Source: Patescibacteria group bacterium
Lineage (GTDB): Bacteria > Patescibacteriota > Dojkabacteria > J137
Reading direction: 5' to 3'
DNA: 64,000 nt
Assembly (NCBI GenBank): GCA_963169855.1
Contig: CAUJCN010000002.1
Span: 709,608 to 773,607 of the forward strand
The notes beneath the pieces were generated by a model that saw only the letters and a program-made list of their open reading frames with translations, was not told where the DNA came from and searched no databases. Position 1 is the stretch's first letter, and every line of letters begins with the position of its first letter. Made by a program: the position numbers and the translations under genes. Shown in pieces: positions 9,829-24,688 of this stretch.

Positions 9829-11481
9829 ATGTCTAGGAAGATACTTATATCTGTATCTAAGACTATGGGCACACTTGTAGCCTCTCTTATTCTTGCCGGA
9901 ATTTTTACTCTATTAATAGTAACTATCTTTTTAAACATCGTAGATCGAGATAGAGTTCTTCCTAATATATACCTGGAAAACGACTATGTTGGATTGATGG
10001 AGATTGGAGACGTAAAAGTTCAGTACGAAAAGGCAGCTATCGAAGACCTTCCTTCGAAAATCAAACTTACAATTGGAACAGAAACTAAAGAATATAAAAC
10101 TTCCGAACTTGCTCCAGAACTATACTTGGATAGAATTAAGGATGTTGGAAGAGATTCCGATCCAATTAGAGCATTGGAAGAAATGGTAAGCGTTGCTAAT
10201 CCAATTAAATTCTCATATGAATATAAATTTGATGTAAATAAAATCATCAGTGAATTTAAGCTTTTCAACGACGATGAGTTTAAATTTGTTGAAGATGATG
10301 GGCGAATTGTGGGATGTTCTTCTAATGGGTTGTCTGCAAAGCTTGTAGATGTTCAAAAAGTGAACGACGAAATCACAGAAAACTTGGCAATAGATACAGA
10401 AGTAAAGCTAGATAAATCCCAAATTCTTTCTGAAGGTACAGCAAAAGATGTTTATTTAATCTGTAATAGATTCAAATACGACGCTAATGCAATGACTGCA
10501 AAATTCCAGAGATTCGGCGATATTAAATCAGAAGATGTGCTAAGTTTTATGGGAATGTATCTAAGTGAAGAGGGGAGCTTGAGTTGGAAGATATATAATA
10601 AAGAGAATTTAAAAAAGTTCCTTAATAACCTAAAAACTAAAACAGAGGTCGCTCTGGACGAAGGAGAGTACGAAGATATTAATGGAGTAATAAGATTGTT
10701 CAGAAAATATGTAGAAGGAAAAGCCTTGGACATAGATTCGAGTTTGAGCAACCTTGTAAGATGGAGTGCCGACCCAATAAGTAAGGATTTCAAACTAGTA
10801 TTCAAGACTACATCTCCTTGGTATATAAAAGACGGTAGGCAGATTGAAGATTTTACTTATGAATTAAGTAGAGGAGAAAGTCGTATTAATCTATATGTAG
10901 GAGGTTGGGACAATCCAAGTCTTTACGCTTCTAGAGTTGGTGTAGACGAAATGGACGGTTATGTTCTAAATCCTGGAGAAGAATACTCATTCTTTAATTT
11001 CCTTCAGCCACAATTGTCAGATATGTGGAGAACAAAAGAAGGGAATCCTATATTAAGTGGTATTTGTAATTCTTCTACTACTATATTTAGAGCAGCACTT
11101 CACGCAGGTTTCCCTATAACGGAAAGATGGAATCATGGTTGGAGTCTAGAAAAGTACAGGTGGCCATATTCCGAGAATGTTGTTGATGCTACCTATTTAA
11201 CAACTCCGAAAATTGACCTAAGATTCGTAAACGACATAGGACATCCTGTTGTATTCAAATTAGATACATGGAGAGATGCAGAATGGGAATATCAAAGATT
11301 AAGAGTTATGACTTCGCCAAAAGCTAAAGGTAGAACTGTAGAGTTAGCTAACTTTAGAAAATGGGGTGAGCGTCTTCCAGGGATCTATAAAGGTAGTTTT
11401 GATCGAATAATCAAACAGGATGGGGCAGTGGTGGGCCAAGATTACTTCGAAAGTAACTATCACATGTACGCTCCTTACTAA
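9829..11481 (+). CDS. VanW-family cell-envelope protein
   Basis: N-terminal TM; VLNPGEEYSF, SGICNSSTTIFRAALHAGFPITERWNH and IDLRFVND VanW motifs. Confidence 0.85.
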   Translation: MSRKILISVSKTMGTLVASLILAGIFTLLIVTIFLNIVDRDRVLPNIYLENDYVGLMEIGDVKVQYEKAAIEDLPSKIKLTIGTETKEYKTSELAPELYLDRIKDVGRDSDPIRALEEMVSVANPIKFSYEYKFDVNKIISEFKLFNDDEFKFVEDDGRIVGCSSNGLSAKLVDVQKVNDEITENLAIDTEVKLDKSQILSEGTAKDVYLICNRFKYDANAMTAKFQRFGDIKSEDVLSFMGMYLSEEGSLSWKIYNKENLKKFLNNLKTKTEVALDEGEYEDINGVIRLFRKYVEGKALDIDSSLSNLVRWSADPISKDFKLVFKTTSPWYIKDGRQIEDFTYELSRGESRINLYVGGWDNPSLYASRVGVDEMDGYVLNPGEEYSFFNFLQPQLSDMWRTKEGNPILSGICNSSTTIFRAALHAGFPITERWNHGWSLEKYRWPYSENVVDATYLTTPKIDLRFVNDIGHPVVFKLDTWRDAEWEYQRLRVMTSPKAKGRTVELANFRKWGERLPGIYKGSFDRIIKQDGAVVGQDYFESNYHMYAPY

Positions 11482-11559
11482 AATCCAGCCTCCAGAAAAG
11501 CCATCTGTCTTCATTCCCAAAAGCCTTGTAAAATCTCATAATTTTCCTCATTTTCCCTC

Positions 11560-11589
11560 TTGACCTAGAGAGGGGTTCCTTGATACAAT
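11560..11589 (+). promoter_or_regulatory. Sigma70-type promoter of the rRNA operon
   Basis: TTGACC-N18-TACAAT with TG extension; long processing stems flank both 16S and 23S. Confidence 0.6.
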
Positions 11590-11853
11590 CACATCACACT
11601 TATCTTAGAGTCACTTTAAGAAGTGAATACTATTATCCCAATAATAAAAATTGAACTTTTAAAAGTGATAAGGAACGTCAATTTTCTTTGAGACGATCTA
11701 AACTCTTGTAAACGTTCTGGATTGGAATCGCCAGAATGTTATTCCAGAAGAACCAATTTAATTTGGTCAACTTCTAAATTTTTCCGCTATTAAATTAGCA
11801 AACTTAAATAATGGAATCCGCCGAAATTCGCAAGAATGTAGGAGGATGATATT

Positions 11854-13375
<1,522 letters not shown>

Positions 13376-13503
13376 CAAAAGGAGTCTTGGTCATTAATTT
13401 GATCAAAACCCAAGTTTTAGACGTTTTCGACGATATTGATTGTTCCTTATCACTTTTTAAGAGTTTATAAAATAGAACCTTAAATAATTAATTACTACTT
13501 AAC

Positions 13504-13580
13504 AGGCGATTAGCTCAGGTGGTTAGAGCGTTCCTCTGATAAGGGAAAGGTCCCAAGTTCGAGTCTTGGATCGCCTACCA
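13504..13580 (+). tRNA. tRNA-Ile (GAT)
   Basis: Cloverleaf AGGCGAT...ATCGCCT-ACCA in the 16S-23S spacer. Confidence 0.97.
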
Positions 13581-13649
13581 TCACAGTATAACGAGGAGTT
13601 GGAGTTCTGAGTAGAATGCTCATTGCTAACAATAAGACTCAGCTGTTTT

Positions 13650-13722
13650 GGGGTCTTAGCTTAGTTGGTAGAGCGTCTCATTTGCAATGAGAAGGTCATG
13701 GGTTCGAATCCCATAGACTCCA
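13650..13722 (+). tRNA. tRNA-Ala (TGC)
   Basis: Acceptor GGGGTCT/AGACTCC with G3:U70; TGC anticodon. Confidence 0.97.
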
Positions 13723-13828
13723 TTTTTAGTAATTAGCTCTTTTGTAAAAAGAGAGGGCTAATAGCTGAAAGTAAAAACTTTTAGTGATTAATTGATCTTT
13801 AACAACTGAATAGAAGGTGAATAACCGG

Positions 13829-16876
<3,048 letters not shown>

Positions 16877-17048
16877 GTTATACTAACCTTCTATTCAGTT
16901 TCTAGAGATCAATCCTCTTACTCCCGATAAATCGGGATTCAGAGGACAAGTTCTCCGAAATTTCGCAAGAAATTAGGAGAAGATCTTTGAAAATTAAAAA
17001 TTAAGTATTCTGTCATCAGATACCTGGGAAGCTCCAAATTCCCAGATA

Positions 17049-17166
17049 TCCGGTGATAGGATCGCTCTGGACCCACCCTATCCCATTCCGAACTAGGACG
17101 TGAAACGGAGTTGAGCCGAAAATACTTATCCGCACCGCGGATCGGGAAGATAGGTAATCGCCGGTT
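17049..17166 (+). rRNA. rrf: 5S rRNA
   Basis: Helix I CCGGTGAT/ATCGCCGG and CCCATTCCGAAC core; terminator at 17169-17198. Confidence 0.95.
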
Positions 17167-17284
17167 ATGAAAAGCCTCCTGTAAAAAGGAGGTTTTTCTA
17201 TATCAAAATTTGCCCAACAAAGAATCGATTCCCTTTTCTTAGTAGAATAATCATCATACTATTATTTGCTAGCGCAAACCTAGA

Positions 17285-17335
17285 ATAGGTAATCGCCGGT
17301 TTAAAAAAGACTCTTTGTAAAAGGAGTCTTTTTTT
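17285..17335 (+). repeat. Second copy of the 5S 3' end and terminator
   Basis: ATAGGTAATCGCCGGTT is identical to 17150-17166 and is followed by a related hairpin and U-tract. Confidence 0.85.
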
Positions 17336-17400
17336 ATGGCAAAAAATTCAGAATCAATGAAAATGTTTTGGTATGTTAGAATCAGTAATTAAATAAATAT

Positions 17401-18129
17401 ATGTCACAAGCGTTTGCAAGCTCCGCGGCTCCGAATATGTCTAGCCTAAAGACTGTAGAGTTAGCGGTTCATAATGATTTCGATGCAGTGCAGCTGTTTA
17501 TTAATCCTCTGCTAATTAACAATGCAGAACATCGAGCAGAAATAGTAAGTGCTTTAAATGCTACTGAGTTGATCGTCGTGCTCCATTTGTCAGGATTAGA
17601 CCCTGAAACATTTCAACTAGATTTGAAAGAGAGGGTTGCTGTCGAGTCAATGATTAGCTCCTTGAAAAATAAGGTTGTGCCTCTTGTTCATTACATAGAG
17701 GGGATGGGTATATCTGATATTCCAGTCGTAAATGATCAAAGAGTAGGGTTGGAAAACTCTAAGACAGGGATTTTTGATATGGAACATATTCAAAGGGTTC
17801 AAGACTTGTGTAACGAGGTAAAGATTCCTTTTGTGCTGGATTTTGAAAGAATTCTGTATACACATTCAGAATCAGAGAAAGTTTCTATTATTGGATTCGT
17901 AAAAAGAGTTGTTGATAGTTTAGATCCGGATATAGATATGTTGCATCTAAGAGACAAAACTTCTTGGTTATTGCCGTCAAGAAAATCTGCATGTGCCTAT
18001 CCTGAAGGTATAAACAAAAATTTTACCGAAGAAATATCTCGCTTTCACAAATCAGGAGGTTTGGTAATCTGGGAATTTGAGAACTTAGAACAAACACTTA
18101 AAAGCTCGAAATCGTTAGCTCACGAGTAG
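17401..18129 (+). CDS. Xylose isomerase-like TIM-barrel protein (putative)
   Basis: FDAVQLF, VGLEN, FVLDFE, MLHLRD and IWEF resemble AP_endonuc_2 strand motifs. Confidence 0.5.
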   Translation: MSQAFASSAAPNMSSLKTVELAVHNDFDAVQLFINPLLINNAEHRAEIVSALNATELIVVLHLSGLDPETFQLDLKERVAVESMISSLKNKVVPLVHYIEGMGISDIPVVNDQRVGLENSKTGIFDMEHIQRVQDLCNEVKIPFVLDFERILYTHSESEKVSIIGFVKRVVDSLDPDIDMLHLRDKTSWLLPSRKSACAYPEGINKNFTEEISRFHKSGGLVIWEFENLEQTLKSSKSLAHE

Positions 18130-18255
18130 TTTAATTATTCGGACTAAATCATTCGGACATTTTCGGACATGCTCGATATGCTAGTCAGCACGTGCAATTC
18201 AAGCTTGCTGGTTTCGCAGGAAAAGTGATAGAATCTTCAAAATTTACTAAAAATT

Positions 18256-18789
18256 ATGATAATTTCTAACCACGATACAGTCAAAAATGGAGTCGATATT
18301 GTTAAAATAGAATTCCCAGATAATTTCTTCGACTTCTACTATATCCTTAGGACTAGGTTAGTAAAACGTTACGGATTTCTAATTCCAGATGCTGGTTATC
18401 CATACAAAGGTTACTATGAAAACCTTACTACAAAGGCTTTCATTCAAAGCCTTCTAGAGAAGTTATTAGAGCTTCCTAGCAAAGGTAAGTTCATTCATAA
18501 AAATCCGTCTGAGTCAGAGCTTGAAGATCTATATAAAAATTTCTTGTCTGGATTAAGAGAACTAGATGCTCAAGAAATTTTGGAAAGGTTGAAAATTGCA
18601 ATAGAAATGACTGTTAATGCTATGGTTTCTGGGGACTTTCGAATTAGCCCAGCGTTTTATATAGACGTAATGAGGGAATTTGTTATTTTCGATATTGTAG
18701 GAGGTGATCCAGTATTCCCTAAGGTTGATTTTGACTATTGGAAAGATAAAGAATCGAGACTTTTAAGAGTCGCTCCAGAAGAGCCATAA
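18256..18789 (+). CDS. Hypothetical protein
   Basis: 177-aa ORF with upstream TGaTAGAAT. Confidence 0.7.
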   Translation: MIISNHDTVKNGVDIVKIEFPDNFFDFYYILRTRLVKRYGFLIPDAGYPYKGYYENLTTKAFIQSLLEKLLELPSKGKFIHKNPSESELEDLYKNFLSGLRELDAQEILERLKIAIEMTVNAMVSGDFRISPAFYIDVMREFVIFDIVGGDPVFPKVDFDYWKDKESRLLRVAPEEP

Positions 18790-18915
18790 GCCCTCTGGGG
18801 TCTTCTTTCCTTGAAATAAAGACATGGAAATCGTATAATTCCGCTAGGAATCTTAAGTCTCCCTGCTACGCTAAAGCTTCGTAGGGAAAACCAAGCTTAG
18901 GACACACTAAATATT

Positions 18916-20157
18916 ATGAGTAAAATACAAAAACACTCAGAGGAAGAAGTAAACGCTCTTCTTGAGGGAGTAGAGATCCCTAAAACTTTCAAAAAAGGAG
19001 ACATCATCGAAGGAACTGTTGTAACTATCAGTGATTTTGGCATGGTTGTTAACGTTGGAGGAAGAACCGAAGGAATTGTAAGTGGTAAACACTTAAAATT
19101 AGGAGGTAAAAAAATCTCTAAAAATCTAGGAGACAAGGTTCTAGCTTATGTTCTTAACCCTGAAAACGAAGAAGGTCAATTAATGCTTTCTGTAAGTAAG
19201 ACAGGAACTGAACTAAAGTGGCACGAACTTGAGCAAGCTAAATTAACAGACAGCTCTATCAAAGTAAAAGTCATCGAGGCTAATACTGGAGGAGTTATTG
19301 TTGAAATTAACGAAGGCTTAAGAGGATTCGTTCCAAGTTCACAATTAAGAAATAACAGAATCTACACTACAGAAACTTACTCCGGAAAAGTTGACGCTGT
19401 AAAAGCTCTGCAAACAAAACTTGCAGAAATGATCGGCGAAGAACTTGAAGTAGTAGTTATGGAAATCAATAAGGACAAGAACAAAGTTATTCTTTCCGAA
19501 AAGAGAGCATTCAATGACGGAGTAGACGCTAAACAGATGGCAGAAACGCTATCTAGTCTAAAGGTTGGAGATGCTATCGAAGGGGAAGTAACTGGAATTG
19601 CACCTTTTGGTCTATTTGTTAACGCAAAAGGACTTGAGGGACTTGTTCACCTTTCCGAAATTTCTTGGGACAAAGTATCAAACCCTGCTGACTTTTATAA
19701 AGTTGGTGAAAAGGTTCAGGTACAAGTTCTTGGACTTCAGGATAATGGAAAAAGAGTTGCTTATTCAATTAAGCGATTAGTACCAGATCCATGGAAGAAC
19801 ATCGTTAAGAAATACAAGCAAGGTCAAATTGTTGATGGTGTAGTAAAAAGCGTTGCAGACTACGGAGTATTCGTAAAGATTGAAGAAGGTCTAAATGGCT
19901 TGATTCACATCAGCGAATTATCTAACAAGCTTGTAAAGCACCCATCTCAGATTGTTAAGGCTGGGGATGAAATCAAAGTTATGATCATTTCGATCTCAAA
20001 CGAAGATAGACATCTAGGACTTAGCTTAAAGAGAGTAAATGCTTCTGGCGAAGCTGAAGCTGAAGTTTCTACTGAAGAAACTGCTGCTCCTGCTAAGGAA
20101 GGCAACTCTGCTAGAGAAATGGAAGGTTTAGACAAATTACTTCAGGATGCTGAATAA
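18916..20157 (+). CDS. rpsA: 30S ribosomal protein S1 (4 S1 domains)
   Basis: Repeated S1 domains, e.g. LRGFVPSSQL, EGLVHLSEISW, GLIHISELS. Confidence 0.95.
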   Translation: MSKIQKHSEEEVNALLEGVEIPKTFKKGDIIEGTVVTISDFGMVVNVGGRTEGIVSGKHLKLGGKKISKNLGDKVLAYVLNPENEEGQLMLSVSKTGTELKWHELEQAKLTDSSIKVKVIEANTGGVIVEINEGLRGFVPSSQLRNNRIYTTETYSGKVDAVKALQTKLAEMIGEELEVVVMEINKDKNKVILSEKRAFNDGVDAKQMAETLSSLKVGDAIEGEVTGIAPFGLFVNAKGLEGLVHLSEISWDKVSNPADFYKVGEKVQVQVLGLQDNGKRVAYSIKRLVPDPWKNIVKKYKQGQIVDGVVKSVADYGVFVKIEEGLNGLIHISELSNKLVKHPSQIVKAGDEIKVMIISISNEDRHLGLSLKRVNASGEAEAEVSTEETAAPAKEGNSAREMEGLDKLLQDAE

Positions 20158-20247
20158 ATAAAAGCTCGAAGTTTTAAGATCGAAAACTGAAATTGAAAGG
20201 TGAAATGGCTAACCCCAGAGTAACCTTTCTTTTTTTTTTAGTGAAAA

Positions 20248-20277
20248 TTAGCAGGATGTTACCTCTCCTGCTATAAT
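20248..20277 (+). promoter_or_regulatory. CIRCE-like inverted repeat overlapping extended -10 of clpC
   Basis: TTAGCAGGA-N9-TCCTGCTAT, continuing into TGcTATAAT. Confidence 0.55.
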
Positions 20278-20333
20278 TGAGAAAAGGTCAAAAATTTCGA
20301 TCTTCGAATTTAGTATTTCAGACTTTCTTTTAT

Positions 20334-22808
20334 ATGGCAGATTTAAAAGGTTTAAAAAGACTTACCAGCAACGCACAAAGAGTTTTAGCTCTTGGAGAAG
20401 AGGTCGCGAAAAATAATTCAGCGAAAGAGTACGTAGCTATTCATTTGTTCTATGCAATTCTAAGTGATAAAACACCTATAATCTCAGACCTATTTGCAAA
20501 ATTAGGAATTGATTACGAGGAGACAAAAATGAGAGTTTCTCAAGAACTTGTTAAATACTCAACAGCGAATGTTGTTACTAAAATAGTAGTATCAGAAGAA
20601 TTGAAAAAAGTGATTAACGACGCAATAGTTATTGCTAGAGAGTTGGGAACTGTTTACGTTGGAATCGAACATTTGTTTTTATCTATTTTCAGACAAACGA
20701 ATCTTGAATTTGTTAAATCAATTAACGATTCAGGCATTACTTATAACGTTGTAAAAGATGCTCTGTTAACAATCGTGACTTATCCAGCACTTTCATCTCT
20801 ATCGAGAAGAGATGATTATTTCGACATGAATGAAGAGAAGGAAGGTGCTTATTTTAGTCGAAACTTAAATGAGGCTGCTTTGAATGGAGAAATCTCTAAT
20901 ATTACTGGAAGAGATAAGGAAATCCAGCGTTTGATTCACATTCTGGCAAGAAAAAGTAAAAATAATCCAATCTTGGTCGGGGACGCTGGGGTAGGAAAAA
21001 CTGCAATTGTTGAAGGTTTTGTGAACATGATTGTTCAGAAAAAAGTTCCGGCATCATTCATAAATAAAAAGGTTCTGAGTGTAGATATTGCAGGAATCGT
21101 TTCTGGCGCGAGATTAAGAGGAGATGTGGAGGAGAGAATTACTGCAGTTATAAACGAAGCAATCGAGGATGGAAATACAATTCTTTTCATCGACGAAATT
21201 CATATGATTGTTGGAGCAGGTTCAACAGGAGGAAAGGACTCGTTAGATATTGCTAACATCCTTAAACCCTACTTAACAAAGCCAAATTTGAGCGTTATTG
21301 GTGCAACAACCCACGATGAATATGCGAAGTACTTCGAGGAGGACACTGCACTGTCAAGACGTTTCCAGCCTATTTTTGTTGAAGAATTAAGCAAGGATTC
21401 TGCAAAGGAAGTTATCTACCAGCTGCTTCCAGAATTTGAGTCTTTCCATAATCTAAAGATAAATAAAGACTCTGTAGATATGGCTGTGGAGCTATCTTCG
21501 AAATTTATTCAGGATAGATACTTGCCAGATAAGGCTCTAGATATTATTGACGAAGCTGCTTCTAGTCTAAAAATTGGACGAGAATTTGCCATCGAGCCAG
21601 AATTAAGTGAGCTTGGAAATAATTTGATAAAAATTCAAGCAAAAAAGGAAAGAGCGATCAAAGATGAAAAGTATGAACTAGCATCGAAATACAAGGAAGA
21701 AGAGGAGGAAATTGTAGATGAAATTGAAGCGACTGTAGAGGGAAAGAAAAAAGTTAAAAAAAAGTACTCAAAAGTGGTAACTCCTGACCTAATAAAGGAC
21801 ATAGTTGTAGAGATGACGAAGATTCCAATTGCTGCCAGCGATATTTCTGATAAGAGATTAAAGGATCTTGGAACTAATCTAAAAAGTAGAATTATTGGTC
21901 AAGACACGGTCATAGAAAATGTTTCGAAAGCGATCCAAAGATCTCACCTAGGATTGGGTGGAGATAGAAAGCCATTGGCATCATTTCTATTTCTTGGTCC
22001 GACTGGAGTAGGTAAGACGGAGCTTGCAAAAAGTCTTGCAAGAGAAGTTTTCGGTTCCGACTCTCTGATGTTCCAAATTAATATGAGCGAATTTATGGAA
22101 ATGCACGCAGTTGCTAAATTGATTGGTGCTCCTCCGGGCTATGTTGGATATCAGGAAGGCGGACAGCTAACAACCTTTGTTAAACGAAAACCTTATTCTG
22201 TAGTGCTCTTTGATGAAATTGAGAAAGCGCATCCAGATACATTAAACATTCTTCTTCAAATTTTGGAGGAAGGAGAGCTGACAGATGGAAAGGGAAATAA
22301 AATCAGTTTTAAAAATACAATTGTGATTCTCACTTCAAATATCGGTGCTTCTCAGGTATCGAATGATACCAAACTTGGATTCGATGTGTTCGGAGGAAAT
22401 GATACAGCGGAGTTCGATAGAGCTTATGGAGATATGAAAGAGAACATTTTAGAGAGACTAAAAGAAACTCTAAGGCCTGAACTTATCAATAGAATCGATT
22501 CCGTAGACGTATTTAGGGGATTGAATAAAGACGATGCAAAATCTATCGCTAGGTTAGTTGTAGAGGAAACTAAAATCAAGCTAATGTCTAAGGGCATTAA
22601 ATTGATTGTCGAGGATGAAGTTGTAGAGAAACTTGCTGATTTAGGATATAGCAAAGAATACGGTGCTAGAAATATTAAAAGACAGGTCGTAGACTCTCTA
22701 GAAAATAAATTGGCTGAACATATAATTGGTCTTAATCTCGACAAGAAAAGAGTAGGGCTAGTAAATGTAAAAGTTGTCTTACACGAAGGCTTTGTTACGT
22801 TTCGGTAA
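20334..22808 (+). CDS. clpC: ATP-dependent Clp protease ATPase subunit ClpC
   Basis: Clp N repeats, two AAA+ modules (GDAGVGKT, GPTGVGKT), LIGAPPGYVG; ATG at 20334 preferred. Confidence 0.93.
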   Translation: MADLKGLKRLTSNAQRVLALGEEVAKNNSAKEYVAIHLFYAILSDKTPIISDLFAKLGIDYEETKMRVSQELVKYSTANVVTKIVVSEELKKVINDAIVIARELGTVYVGIEHLFLSIFRQTNLEFVKSINDSGITYNVVKDALLTIVTYPALSSLSRRDDYFDMNEEKEGAYFSRNLNEAALNGEISNITGRDKEIQRLIHILARKSKNNPILVGDAGVGKTAIVEGFVNMIVQKKVPASFINKKVLSVDIAGIVSGARLRGDVEERITAVINEAIEDGNTILFIDEIHMIVGAGSTGGKDSLDIANILKPYLTKPNLSVIGATTHDEYAKYFEEDTALSRRFQPIFVEELSKDSAKEVIYQLLPEFESFHNLKINKDSVDMAVELSSKFIQDRYLPDKALDIIDEAASSLKIGREFAIEPELSELGNNLIKIQAKKERAIKDEKYELASKYKEEEEEIVDEIEATVEGKKKVKKKYSKVVTPDLIKDIVVEMTKIPIAASDISDKRLKDLGTNLKSRIIGQDTVIENVSKAIQRSHLGLGGDRKPLASFLFLGPTGVGKTELAKSLAREVFGSDSLMFQINMSEFMEMHAVAKLIGAPPGYVGYQEGGQLTTFVKRKPYSVVLFDEIEKAHPDTLNILLQILEEGELTDGKGNKISFKNTIVILTSNIGASQVSNDTKLGFDVFGGNDTAEFDRAYGDMKENILERLKETLRPELINRIDSVDVFRGLNKDDAKSIARLVVEETKIKLMSKGIKLIVEDEVVEKLADLGYSKEYGARNIKRQVVDSLENKLAEHIIGLNLDKKRVGLVNVKVVLHEGFVTFR

Positions 22809-22987
22809 TTTGCTGTGGATAACTTCCCGTGAAAGTCCAAAACTCTATTTTTGAGAGAATTTATGTTCTAAATTCGAGGCGCACATCCCAAGGGTATTTT
22901 TAAAAGTTCTTGTTTTGAACATTCTATAACGTTTACTGGTAGACCATTGCGTCTCTTTTTGCAATAACCAGAAGTTTACTATAGGAC

Positions 22988-23015
22988 TTGACACGAGAAG
23001 ATTATAGGGTATAAT
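22988..23015 (+). promoter_or_regulatory. Consensus sigma70 promoter for the twin-hairpin RNA
   Basis: TTGACA-N16-TATAAT. Confidence 0.7.
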
Positions 23016-23022
23016 AATGTTA

Positions 23023-23224
23023 GAACCTTAAAAATAGTAGCGTAGATGGCTGATCCCAATGTCTAGTTCGCGTGCACAATTATGTAAATAATTGACTTAC
23101 TGGACTTTTGGATTAGCCGTTTATTACTGTTAGTTGATCCCAGAGTCTGGTTCGCGTACACAATTGCGTAAGTAATTGACTTACTGGACTCTCGGATTAA
23201 CTAATAGGCTTCTATTTTAAGTTC
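23023..23224 (+). ncRNA. Unassigned ~200-nt structured RNA with two homologous 81-nt domains
   Basis: Domains 23043-23123 and 23127-23207 show compensatory and G-U changes; closing stem 23023-23041 with 23208-23224. Confidence 0.75.
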
Positions 23225-23231
23225 CCTAGTA

Positions 23232-23260
23232 TTTTCACCCTCGTAGTTAATTGATATACT
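23232..23260 (+). promoter_or_regulatory. Putative rho promoter
   Basis: TTTTCA-N17-TATACT with TG extension. Confidence 0.45.
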
Positions 23261-23317
23261 ATAAAAAATCCCATTTCCCTTACAATTAATATTTAGTAAT
23301 TTATTTCATTTATTTAT

Positions 23318-24688
23318 ATGCCAGTAAAGAAAGACACAACTTCAAACACTGTAGTTAAGAAGGAAGAAACCTCAAAACCAAAAGAATCACCTATGAATGT
23401 ACCTCAGAGAAAAGATTCAATCGCGAAATCAACAAGTATTCACGATTTAGAAGAAAAATCATTGGTGGATTTGAGAAAGATCGCCGAAGATTTGAAGATC
23501 ACAAATTTCTTAGATTTTCAGAAATCAGACCTAATTTTAGCTATCGTAGCTGAAGAAACAAAAAGAGGAGGTAATATTTTCGCAGAAGGATTCCTAGAGA
23601 TTATCAAAGATTCTCATGGAGTTTTGAGAAGCGGAACAATGCTTCCAGGAGAGAACGATGTATACATTTCAGGTTCTCAAATTAAAAGATTTAACTTAAG
23701 ACAAGGAGACCTTATTTCTGGTCAAGCTAGACCTCCAAAAGAAGGAGAAAGATACCTAAGTTTATTAAAGGTAGAAGCCATCAATAACATAAGCCCAGAA
23801 AAGGCTTTGTCTAGAGCAACATTTCAGAAATTAACTCCAATTTATCCAGATAAGCAAATCAAGTTAGAAACTACTCAGCATGTTTTATCTACTAGAATTA
23901 TTGACCTTTTGTGCCCAATTGGAAAAGGACAAAGAGGTATGATTGTTGCTCCTCCAAAAGCAGGAAAAACTTGGTTGCTAAAAGATATCGCTGAAGGTAT
24001 CGCAATTAATCACCCAGAAATCCACTTAATGGTTGTTTTGGTTGGAGAAAGACCAGAAGAAGTTACAGATCTTCAGAGATTTGTAAAAGGAGAGGTTATT
24101 GCAGCTAACTTTGACGAACAACCTGATTATCACACAAAGATAGCAGAAATGGCCGTAGAACGAGCTAAGAGACTGGTTGAATACGGAAAGGATGTAGTTG
24201 TGCTAATGGACAGTATTACAAGGCTTGCAAGAGCGTATAACATCATTGCACCACAGTCAGGAAGAACTCTTTCGGGAGGTTTCGACCCTGTAGCTATTTT
24301 CCCACCTAAAAAGTTCTTCGGAGCTGCTAGAAACATGGAAAATGGAGGAAGTTTAACTATCATCGCAACTGCTTTAGTTGATACTGGTTCTAAGATGGAC
24401 GAAGTTATCTTCGAAGAATTCAAAGGAACTGGAAACATGGAAGTAAAACTAGATAGAAAACTTGCAGAAAAGAGAATTTACCCTGCAATAGACGTAACAC
24501 AATCGTATACAAGAAACGAGGATAAGCTTCTGTCGTCTGAGGTATTGGCTCAAACTTGGAGAGTTGTAAGAATGTTGGATACTATCAAATCAGAAACGAA
24601 CGCAAACCCAGCAGAAATGCTTATTGCTAGAATCAAAAAGACTAAGAATAATGAAGAATTCTTAGCTACTTTACACGAAAGTCTATAA
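23318..24688 (+). CDS. rho: Transcription termination factor Rho
   Basis: [56 protein letters not shown]. Confidence 0.98.
   Translation: MPVKKDTTSNTVVKKEETSKPKESPMNVPQRKDSIAKSTSIHDLEEKSLVDLRKIAEDLKITNFLDFQKSDLILAIVAEETKRGGNIFAEGFLEIIKDSHGVLRSGTMLPGENDVYISGSQIKRFNLRQGDLISGQARPPKEGERYLSLLKVEAINNISPEKALSRATFQKLTPIYPDKQIKLETTQHVLSTRIIDLLCPIGKGQRGMIVAPPKAGKTWLLKDIAEGIAINHPEIHLMVVLVGERPEEVTDLQRFVKGEVIAANFDEQPDYHTKIAEMAVERAKRLVEYGKDVVVLMDSITRLARAYNIIAPQSGRTLSGGFDPVAIFPPKKFFGAARNMENGGSLTIIATALVDTGSKMDEVIFEEFKGTGNMEVKLDRKLAEKRIYPAIDVTQSYTRNEDKLLSSEVLAQTWRVVRMLDTIKSETNANPAEMLIARIKKTKNNEEFLATLHESL

Noticed and set aside
22815-22823. DnaA box TGTGGATAA (also at 63801) as oriC
   Set aside because: Isolated boxes with no cluster and no dnaA or dnaN nearby; the second lies inside a CDS.
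23043-23207. Twin repeat as a CRISPR array or dif site (TTATGTAAAT)
   Set aside because: Only two 81-nt units with a 3-nt gap and no cas genes; the XerD-like arm lacks a partner arm at the right spacing and is not conserved in copy 2.
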